A stretch of 56,728 bases of DNA from Bacteroidaceae bacterium. GTDB taxonomy: Bacteria; Bacteroidota; Bacteroidia; Bacteroidales; Bacteroidaceae. The position numbers and the translations under genes are program-made. Below, piece by piece: positions 49,861 to 56,728 of this stretch (the first letter of the stretch is position 1; each line of letters starts with the position of its first letter). The stretch covers positions 1-56,728 of the forward strand of contig JAGPIY010000001.1 in NCBI GenBank assembly GCA_018054715.1, read 5' to 3'. The notes beneath the pieces were generated by a model that was given only the letters and a program-made list of their open reading frames with translations, was not told the DNA's origin and did not search any database.

Positions 49861-50679
49861 ATGAGAATTTTACGCTATTTTTTCGCCACAACGTTGGCAT
49901 GTATAAGTATCTCAGCAGTGCAAGCACAAAGTCCTGGAGACGATGTGACCGATCAGTATATGGTCAATGCCGGTTTTGAGAAAGGAACAGATGAAGCATC
50001 TGGTTATAAGTTCCTTGGGGTTCAGAGTGCTCAAGGCCTAGGAGGTTTCGGTCCAGGTCGTTATCAACCAGGTGGTTGGGTATTGCAGACAAGCTGGGAT
50101 AAATGGAACGATGCTGGTGTTCAAACTTCTACTACTTCTTATGAAGGTAGTTATATTTTTAATGCATGGGATCAGAGTCTTCAGTATACGAATCTTTATC
50201 AAACAACTGCAGAACTTCCTGCTGGTTATTATTCTATTTCTGGTGCATTGCGTATGGCAGACGCAACACCTTCGCACATTACGAATCAGAGCGTATATGC
50301 TGTAGTAGGTACTGACTCTGTAGCAGCTACAATGAAACAATCTGATTATGGCAAGGATGATGCCGGTAATTACAAATGGGTTGTTCTTACTACAGAGTTT
50401 TTTGTTCCTACTTCTCAAGCCGTTCGAGTAGGAGCTTCCGGCTCTGGCGATGGAACAGATGCTAGCGGTTGGTTTAATGCTGATGGATTTAAGCTTGTCT
50501 TTCTAGGTAATGCAGATCAATATAACACTTACTTGAAAGAACAGATTAGTGTGCTTATTCAAGAAATCGCGAATCTCACAGGTAGTGATGATGTCGCTGG
50601 AGGATATACCTTGAAATTGGCATCTCTTTCCACTGAGGCTTCTGCGAAGTTGGAAGAGTCTAGCATATCGTTGAGCTAA
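49861..50679 (+). CDS. 5' fragment of a split T9SS cargo gene (signal peptide + beta-sandwich module 1 + start of helical linker)
   Basis: MRILRYFFATTLACISISAVQAQ signal peptide (start moved from the track TTG 49816 to ATG 49861). Module 1 has ELPAGYYSISGAL ... SGWFNADGFKLVFLG. The frame ends at TAA 50677-50679 while the next frame is already open from 50664. Confidence 0.6.
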   Translation: MRILRYFFATTLACISISAVQAQSPGDDVTDQYMVNAGFEKGTDEASGYKFLGVQSAQGLGGFGPGRYQPGGWVLQTSWDKWNDAGVQTSTTSYEGSYIFNAWDQSLQYTNLYQTTAELPAGYYSISGALRMADATPSHITNQSVYAVVGTDSVAATMKQSDYGKDDAGNYKWVVLTTEFFVPTSQAVRVGASGSGDGTDASGWFNADGFKLVFLGNADQYNTYLKEQISVLIQEIANLTGSDDVAGGYTLKLASLSTEASAKLEESSISLS

Positions 50680-50735
50680 AGGCTATTTATAATAGTCTGA
50701 AATTAGCTATTGCTGAAAGAGAAGCTTCAAAAAAT

Positions 50736-52967
50736 GTGTTGACTGAATTGAGAGCACTTGATGACGTTGCGATGAAGTTGCTTGAAGTAACACCACATTA
50801 TCCTGGATATGATGCTTTCTTGGTATCAGAAGGTGCTGCTTTTGCTTATTCTGATGCGAATAGTGAAGCATATTCTACTGCATTGAAAGCTGATTTAGAA
50901 AAAGCAATAGTAGATTTAACAGCTGCTATTAAAGTATATAAACTTTCTCAAGCACAATTAGCTACCGGAGGAACAACTGTCGATTTAACTTGGCTTATTT
51001 CTTCTCCCGGGCTTTCTAATGAAGCAGGAACAGCATCAGATGGAACTAACTGGTCTACAGATAATAAAGTAACAGCTTCTGGTACTGATTATAAGTTGAC
51101 TCAAGTAGGTGGTAAATATTGCTGGAATAGTTGGGCCGGTTCATGGACCGGAACAATGGATTTCTATCAAGATTTAGCTGATCTTCCTGCCGGTAAATAT
51201 ACATTAACCGGACTTCATACTTCAAATTCTGCAGCTTCAAGCAATGCACATTTTTATGCAACGTCTTCAGCAGCAAGTGCTGTATCACCAGTTTGTAGTG
51301 ATATCTATGAAGGAAGTGATTTCAATACCGCTGCCACTTGGACTAGTTATACTACGGCCCCTGTTTTCGTAACTTCTGATGGTAAACTTCGTATTGGTTT
51401 TACCTCTACCGGTGAAGGAACTTCTGCTGGTTGGTTCTGTGTTACTGATTTCTCCTTGACTTATTATGGTGTTGATGATGCTTTTGCTGAATATCAAGCT
51501 GCTGTTGAAACTAAAAAAACAGCTGCAACAGAATTAGCTGCAAAAGCAATGCTTCCTATTCAGAGCGATTCTCTTTTGGCAGCAGTTACAGCAGCCGGCA
51601 CTGCTGATGCTTCTACGATAAAAGCAATGGAAGCAACTCTTTCTGCTCTTAATGAAGCTATTGAAGTTGGTGAAATAGCAGTTACTAAAATGACTGCCTT
51701 CAAGGCCGCTTCCTATGCTACATTAAAATCGCAAACACAGGATCCGAATGCATCTACTGCTTTAATTAATCTCGTGGATACTCGTTTGGCTGCAGTTGAT
51801 GCAGTTCTTGCTTCAGATACTACTACTGTAGCGGCTTACTCTGGATTAGAGAAAACTTTAGCAGCTTGTGTTGCGTATGGTAAAGCTTCTATTGCGGCTT
51901 CTCCTGTTGCAGAAACAGAGGGGATCGGTAGCACTATAATGGATGCTCAGGATTTTTATGATGTAAAAGTAGTTTCTGCAGATGATGTTGCTCTTGCTAC
52001 TTATACTACCGAATTGAATAGTTTTGTAACCTTTGCTAAATATTATGCTTCTGTTAGCACTCTTGCTGCAACTTTCACTTCTCTAGCTCAGAGTATTGTT
52101 GTGAAGGCTCAAGCAGATGCAATCAATACTATTGGAACCGATGCAAGTAAATTGGAAGCAGCTACTGCTTCCCTTAAAGCTGCTGTTGTTTTAGCTCAAC
52201 AGAACAACATTACAGAAGGCGGTGACTGTAGTTATTGGATTCAGAACCCAGGATTTGAAGCTACTGCTAGTTGGAATACTGGCTGGACTAACTCCGGATT
52301 CTATTCAAATAAAGGTCAGGTTACTAATGAACTTGCTGCTTTGAATGGTGGTTTTACAGGTATCTATTGTGCAGAAAGATGGACGGGTTCACCAAAAACG
52401 CTTGCTGATAGTAAAATTTCGCAGGTAATTTCGAACTTGCCTGCTGGTGAATATACCTTAAGCGCATGGGCTAAGGCTATTCAGCAACATGCTCTTCTCG
52501 ATACTGATGCTGCAGGTACGATAAACTATAATAGTCCTGTAACAGGTGTGTATCTCTTCGCAAACGATCAAAAAGTAGAGGTTTCTACTCCGGTTGCTGC
52601 TGATGGCTCGAATGTGATCAATGGAACTACTGAATGTGCTTCTGTAAAATTCTCTGTAGATGTGATAGTTAACGGTAACGACTTAACCATTGGCTTTATG
52701 ACAGTGAGCACTACAGCCAACTGGACTGCATTCGATAACTTCTCATTGCTTTGCAAAAAGCTATTCCCTGTAGGTATTGAAGAAGTTGCTGCTGATTCTA
52801 CTCCTCTAACTGCGTATGCTGAGAATGGTTATATCGTGGTGCCTGGAGCTACAGATTATGTGGTAACCACTTTAGCCGGTCAGGTTGTAGATGCAAAATC
52901 TAAACTTCCTGTAGGTATCTATATCGTGAATGCTGCCGGAAAGGCATTGAAAGTTGCTGTGAAATAA
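50736..52967 (+). CDS. 3' fragment of the split T9SS cargo gene (helical linkers + modules 2 and 3 + T9SS C-terminal domain)
   Basis: No signal peptide of its own. Frame open upstream to 50664. Modules carry DLPAGKYTLTGLH...AGWFCVTDFSLTYYG and NLPAGEYTLSAWA...ANWTAFDNFSLLCK. The last ~68 aa (...YIVVPGATDYVVTTLAGQVVDAKSKLPVGIYIVNAAGKALKVAVK) look like a T9SS CTD. Confidence 0.6.
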   Translation: MLTELRALDDVAMKLLEVTPHYPGYDAFLVSEGAAFAYSDANSEAYSTALKADLEKAIVDLTAAIKVYKLSQAQLATGGTTVDLTWLISSPGLSNEAGTASDGTNWSTDNKVTASGTDYKLTQVGGKYCWNSWAGSWTGTMDFYQDLADLPAGKYTLTGLHTSNSAASSNAHFYATSSAASAVSPVCSDIYEGSDFNTAATWTSYTTAPVFVTSDGKLRIGFTSTGEGTSAGWFCVTDFSLTYYGVDDAFAEYQAAVETKKTAATELAAKAMLPIQSDSLLAAVTAAGTADASTIKAMEATLSALNEAIEVGEIAVTKMTAFKAASYATLKSQTQDPNASTALINLVDTRLAAVDAVLASDTTTVAAYSGLEKTLAACVAYGKASIAASPVAETEGIGSTIMDAQDFYDVKVVSADDVALATYTTELNSFVTFAKYYASVSTLAATFTSLAQSIVVKAQADAINTIGTDASKLEAATASLKAAVVLAQQNNITEGGDCSYWIQNPGFEATASWNTGWTNSGFYSNKGQVTNELAALNGGFTGIYCAERWTGSPKTLADSKISQVISNLPAGEYTLSAWAKAIQQHALLDTDAAGTINYNSPVTGVYLFANDQKVEVSTPVAADGSNVINGTTECASVKFSVDVIVNGNDLTIGFMTVSTTANWTAFDNFSLLCKKLFPVGIEEVAADSTPLTAYAENGYIVVPGATDYVVTTLAGQVVDAKSKLPVGIYIVNAAGKALKVAVK

Positions 52968-52984
52968 GCATCATTAACTCATCT

Positions 52985-53026
52985 AAAGAAGGCGTGTCAA
53001 GAAAATGACATGCCTTCTTTTTTTTT
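52985..53026 (+). terminator. Rho-independent terminator after the cargo gene
   Basis: 12-bp stem gaaggcgtgtca (52988-52999) / tgacatgccttc (53006-53017, one G-T pair), followed by a 9-nt T-run. Confidence 0.8.
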
Positions 53027-53075
53027 GTAGAGAAGAGAAAAAGCTTTCTAGTCTGGTTTATTTTCTTTTTTGTAT

Positions 53076-53083
53076 TATCTTTG
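53076..53083 (+). promoter_or_regulatory. candidate -7 box TAtcTTTG only 4 nt upstream of the GT2 start codon
   Basis: tattatctttgcaccATG. Confidence 0.4.
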
Positions 53084-53087
53084 CACC

Positions 53088-53954
53088 ATGAAATTACTTG
53101 GAATTGTCATTCTTTATTATCCAGAGGATAGCTATTTACAGAATCTGAATAGCTATCTCCCTCTATTAGATACTCTTATTGTATGGGATAATACGCCTCA
53201 AAAAGCAAAAAAACTTTTGAATTGGAGCATCGTTAACTCATCGGAAAAGCTTGTAATGAAAGGAAGGGGTTGTAATGCCGGCTTGGGTACGCCACTCAAT
53301 GAGGCTACAGTCTACATGCGCGATCATGGTTTTACTCACTTATTGACTCTTGACCAAGACAGTAATTTTAGTACAGGTGTGCTAGAGCAGTATCTTCAAA
53401 GTGTTGCATCGTGCGTGCAGCAAGAAGCTATTTTTTGCCCTAATTATTTTTTGATCTCACAGCAATCTGCTCAATATCCGGTGGCCGACTCTGTAGACGA
53501 GATAACTTCTTCAATGACTTCAGGAAGCATTTACCCACTCACAGTACTCAATCGAGTAGGAGAGTTTCTAGAGGCACTTTTTGTGTGGGGCATTGATAGT
53601 GAATATTGTTTTAGAGCCAAGCGGTTGGGAATTCCTACACTTTGCTTTAAAAATATTCTTTTAACTCACGATTTAGGCTATCAAAAAAAGAAGCGGAAGC
53701 TCTTTGGTAAGGAAGTCTTTCCGAATGAATATGGTGCTGCACGTTCATATTATAATGTGCGGAACGGTATTCTTTTGCACCGTCTTTATCCTGAGATCAT
53801 CAATTTGCATGATCATCTTCGTTATCATTTGTGGAAACGTAGCGTGTTTATAGTGCTTTATGAAAAAGAAAAGCTACGCAAATTATATGCTTTGTTTTGG
53901 GGATATATAGATGGGAAGCGAAATCGGATGGGCGAGTCTACTCATTCCTTGTAA
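53088..53954 (+). CDS. family 2 glycosyltransferase (rhamnosyltransferase-like)
   Basis: MKLLGIVILYYPE...LIVWDNTP...GCNAGLG...LLTLDQDS...SGSIYPL...GIDSEYCFRA, typical of GT2 / WbbL-like enzymes. ATG 53088 preferred to the track TTG at 53070. Confidence 0.75.
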   Translation: MKLLGIVILYYPEDSYLQNLNSYLPLLDTLIVWDNTPQKAKKLLNWSIVNSSEKLVMKGRGCNAGLGTPLNEATVYMRDHGFTHLLTLDQDSNFSTGVLEQYLQSVASCVQQEAIFCPNYFLISQQSAQYPVADSVDEITSSMTSGSIYPLTVLNRVGEFLEALFVWGIDSEYCFRAKRLGIPTLCFKNILLTHDLGYQKKKRKLFGKEVFPNEYGAARSYYNVRNGILLHRLYPEIINLHDHLRYHLWKRSVFIVLYEKEKLRKLYALFWGYIDGKRNRMGESTHSL

Positions 53955-53965
53955 GGAATGGTTGG

Positions 53966-54448
53966 CTAGTGAATTTTTGTAATGAGCACCACCGCATAAG
54001 CAGAGATACCTTCTTCGCGCCCAGTAAATCCTAAACGTTCAGTTGTTGTGGCCTTAATAGAGAGATCTTCCACATCTACTTCCATCGTTTTAGCGAGAGC
54101 TTCTTTCATCGCAGGGATATGTGGATTAAGCTTAGGGCGTTCAGCGCAAATAGTAATGTCAGCATTTCCCAATTCATAACCTTTTGTACGAAGCAAATTC
54201 ATAGTCCTTCGCAGCAGAATCTTACTGTCGATGTTTTTAAATTCGCTTGCAGTATCGGGGAAATGGAAGCCTATATCGCGTAAGTTTGCTGCTCCCAAAA
54301 GCGCATCGCAGAGCGCATGGATTAACACATCTGCATCGCTATGCCCCAGTAGTCCGTGAGAGTGATCGAGTTTTATGCCACCTAACCACAATTCACGTCC
54401 CTCAACGAGTGCATGTACATCGTATCCTAATCCGGTTCTGATCTTCAT
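53966..54448 (-). CDS. ispF: 2-C-methyl-D-erythritol 2,4-cyclodiphosphate synthase
   Basis: MKIRTGLGYDVHALVEGR.LWLGG....H..GLLGHSDADVLIHALCDALLGA. Confidence 0.93.
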   Translation of the reverse strand: MKIRTGLGYDVHALVEGRELWLGGIKLDHSHGLLGHSDADVLIHALCDALLGAANLRDIGFHFPDTASEFKNIDSKILLRRTMNLLRTKGYELGNADITICAERPKLNPHIPAMKEALAKTMEVDVEDLSIKATTTERLGFTGREEGISAYAVVLITKIH

Positions 54449-54479
54449 TTATTCGACTTTTAGAAGTCCTTTTGACTTG

Positions 54480-54487
54480 CAAATTTA
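54480..54487 (-). promoter_or_regulatory. candidate -7 box (TAaaTTTG on minus strand) for ispF
   Basis: Plus strand CAAATTTA, immediately after the porV stop and ~32 nt upstream of the ispF ATG. Confidence 0.4.
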
Positions 54488-55669
54488 TTAGCGGCGGCCT
54501 TTTCCCATCAAATCTTTCAGTCCGTCCATATCGAACGACAGCGAAAAACGTAGAGTCTGATCGAGTGGGTTGCTTTGTGAAGCAGAAATCAGATAACCTG
54601 CATCCAGCGAGAATACAGACATCTTGAAGCCTGCACCGACAGTATAATATTTGCGATTACCTTTGTTTTCGCTTTCATGATGATAACCACCGCGAACAGA
54701 GAACTGGTTATGGTAGATATATTCACAACCTAATGACCATGAAATTTCCTGCATTTCTTCTTTGAAACCTCCGGGGGCATCGCCAAACGACTTGAAAATG
54801 CCGGAGATAGAAGAGATGTTGTAGTAGTCGTCTTCTAAACGTGTTTGGTAATCCTCATCGGCTTCGCCATCTTCTTTTTGTGGCATAGTAGGAACCATCA
54901 ACTTGTTTGCATCTAACGACACAGAGAAAGTGTTATATTCATTAATTGGCATAAGAAGTGAAGTACCGATACGCAAATTAGTAGGTAAGAACACACTGCG
55001 GTTTCCTCCCGTAAAATTAATCTTACTACCAATGTTAGAAGCATTCATACCCAATGACCAAAGGCATTCGCGTTGATTTAAAATTACATATCGATTGTAA
55101 TACCACGAAAGGTCGGCCGCGAAAGCCGATCCGGGTTGTACATCACTACCTTCGAATTTACCCATGTCGGAGTGAATAAAACGTAAAGCTACTGCTGCAG
55201 AAAAGGATTCAGAGAGCATGCGTGAGTAAGCCACATCGAATGACATCTCGTATGGTTTTACTGTGTATCCATTATCAGTTTGTTCTGTTCTTACCGTGAC
55301 TTCACCTAGTGAGAAATAGTTTAATGAAGCCGAAATAGCTTGATAATCGCCAATACGATAATAACCAACCACATTTGCTAAATCAATATCGTTTACCAGT
55401 TTGCGTAGCCAAGGAGTGTACGACATAGCCAATCCTGCACGGCTAACTGTAAATGGGTACTTTGCCGGGTTCCAATATTGTGAGAAGACGTCAGGGTCTG
55501 TTGCTGCACCTACATCACCCATGGCACCTGCACGAGCATCGGGAGCAATGGCCAATGAAGTAACTCCATATTGAACAGGGTTGAACTGAGATTTGGAGTC
55601 TTGAGCTACTAGCGGCAAGGTAATCGTCGAGGCTAGTAGGAAGAGCAAGCTTTTCTTTATTATTTTCAT
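54488..55669 (-). CDS. porV: type IX secretion system outer-membrane shuttle protein PorV (LptO)
   Basis: Signal peptide MKIIKKSLLFLL.., FNPVQYGVTSLAIAPDARAGAMGDVGAATDPD, a beta-barrel profile, and a position directly downstream of porU. Start set at ATG 55669. Confidence 0.8.
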   Translation of the reverse strand: MKIIKKSLLFLLASTITLPLVAQDSKSQFNPVQYGVTSLAIAPDARAGAMGDVGAATDPDVFSQYWNPAKYPFTVSRAGLAMSYTPWLRKLVNDIDLANVVGYYRIGDYQAISASLNYFSLGEVTVRTEQTDNGYTVKPYEMSFDVAYSRMLSESFSAAVALRFIHSDMGKFEGSDVQPGSAFAADLSWYYNRYVILNQRECLWSLGMNASNIGSKINFTGGNRSVFLPTNLRIGTSLLMPINEYNTFSVSLDANKLMVPTMPQKEDGEADEDYQTRLEDDYYNISSISGIFKSFGDAPGGFKEEMQEISWSLGCEYIYHNQFSVRGGYHHESENKGNRKYYTVGAGFKMSVFSLDAGYLISASQSNPLDQTLRFSLSFDMDGLKDLMGKGRR

Positions 55670-55720
55670 GCTGTTTGCTTTGCGTAAGTTACGTAGTTTA
55701 ATAACCAAAAAGAGAACGAT

Positions 55721-56728
55721 TTATTGTGCTCCCACAACAAATTTAAGTGTTTCTGTAGTTTCGTCACTCTCCTCAGTAGAGAATTTCATGCGATAGAGAT
55801 AAACCCCTTGTGGAAGGCGTGCTCCTCCATTCGTAGTTAAGTCCCATGTATAGGAACAAGCACTACTAGCTGCTATCTCCGAGATAGAATGTGTCCACAA
55901 ACGCTCTCCATTGAAGTTGAATACCTCAATCGAAATATTCAATACCGCTTTTGGTTGATTGTGTACAAAATAGAAGGTTATCTGGCTGGTTGCCGGTACG
56001 GGATAGCAACTTGCTTGTGTAATAGTAGGCGCTGCTTGACTAGAAACGTTGAACGACAACGTATGTTGCGAAGCATTGTTTTTCAAATCCCAGGCGGTGA
56101 GTACTAAAGTATGCTTTCCCTCTTCGAGCGCATCGAACTGATAAGCCAATGTACCTTCTTTATAAGAGCCGGAAGAGAGCGTGAAATAATTATTCAGCAC
56201 GTAGCTGTATACAGGTGAATTATCAAGTACGGCAGTGATGTCGTGTCCGATCCCATTTCCGGTAGTGTTGATACCCTCTTCATCGCTAAGCGTAGCATAA
56301 AGTACCGGTTTTGTACCTGTTACGTCTCCGTTCGTAAAGTCGGGAGTATTTAGATAAGCCCAGATAGTAGGTCCTACGGAATCTGTTTTCATCGCATCGT
56401 CTACCGAACCTCCCACAATGAATTTTTTGAAAGTCCCTTGTGCTTCTTTCTCTCCGCCGATATTGGTTGCATAGAAGTTAATCATCCCCGCTGCGTTGCT
56501 ATAGCTAATGTCGAGAGGTACAGGGAAAGAAATACTGAACTTGCCATTTTGTATTGAATCATTTCCCCCAAAAAGTTTCTTAGAATATTCCTTATAGGTA
56601 AATGGTGTTTCTTCTCCATTATTTTGATAAGTAGATACCGACTCGATAGCATCGTATACGGCAGGATAAATAAGTCCTTTGTAATCGGATAATGTGCTCC
56701 CGGTATAGTCGGTAACATGTCCTGACAG
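55721..56728 (-). CDS. porU: T9SS C-terminal signal peptidase/sortase PorU, C-terminal ~335 codons (5' end beyond the window)
   Basis: I checked codon by codon that the frame stays open upstream of the track ATG (56485) to the window edge (...LSGHVTDYTGSTLSDYKGLIYPAVYDAIESV...). Call rests on the C-terminal CTD-like beta-sandwich (...LPQGVYLYRMKFST...) and synteny with porV. Confidence 0.7.
   Translation of the reverse strand: MSGHVTDYTGSTLSDYKGLIYPAVYDAIESVSTYQNNGEETPFTYKEYSKKLFGGNDSIQNGKFSISFPVPLDISYSNAAGMINFYATNIGGEKEAQGTFKKFIVGGSVDDAMKTDSVGPTIWAYLNTPDFTNGDVTGTKPVLYATLSDEEGINTTGNGIGHDITAVLDNSPVYSYVLNNYFTLSSGSYKEGTLAYQFDALEEGKHTLVLTAWDLKNNASQHTLSFNVSSQAAPTITQASCYPVPATSQITFYFVHNQPKAVLNISIEVFNFNGERLWTHSISEIAASSACSYTWDLTTNGGARLPQGVYLYRMKFSTEESDETTETLKFVVGAQ

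Noticed and set aside
56482-56718. A 78-aa minus-strand ORF upstream of the track's porU ORF. It could suggest that porU is interrupted.
   Set aside because: The porU frame itself stays open from 56485 to the window edge when translated by hand. The 78-aa ORF is an off-frame shadow, so there is no frameshift.
1-56728. Whole-window search by eye for CRISPR arrays, transposases or integrases, toxin-antitoxin pairs, restriction-modification systems or other defence islands, rRNA genes and known riboswitches.
   Set aside because: None found. There are no regularly spaced repeats of 25 nt or more, and every ORF of 150 aa or more is assignable to a housekeeping, envelope or secreted-enzyme family. 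The one partial exception is the T9SS cargo gene, whose repeated modules and helical linkers I cannot assign to any family.

Overview
This 56.7-kb window looks like ordinary core chromosome of a Bacteroidota (Bacteroidales-like) bacterium. I infer the phylum from three things: recurrent TAnnTTTG -7 promoter boxes, type IX secretion (T9SS) genes porU and porV, and phylum-typical DUF families. The centre (31.5-49.5 kb) is one co-directional ribosomal-protein cluster running rpsL-rpsG-fusA-S10-spc-alpha and ending at rpoA-rplQ. It includes two genes too short for the ORF track, rpmD and rpmJ. The left third holds housekeeping units: alaS (edge-truncated and missing from the ORF track), a parA-parB-DUF5683-mltD-relA/spoT-DUF4286 string, surE-lpxB, rsfS-ftsH-cdsA, a stand-alone tRNA-Gln, and pruA. 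Next come a small secreted-enzyme region (S8 protease with a T9SS tail, a LamG/GH43-like enzyme, a FAS1 lipoprotein, a GH2 enzyme), a PlpD-like patatin/Omp85 protein, and priA. The right end carries a large T9SS cargo gene that is split by a frameshift, a GT2 glycosyltransferase, ispF, porV, and the 3' part of porU. I found no CRISPR array, no transposase or integrase, and no convincing multi-gene novel system. The items most worth a second look are: (i) the split cargo gene, which contains a triplicated unassigned beta-sandwich module and a duplicated leader; (ii) a 0.5-kb coding-free, repeat- and hairpin-rich locus between two terminators that may encode an sRNA; and (iii) some small regulatory-looking repeats. 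All product calls rest on motif and family recognition by eye, with no database search.
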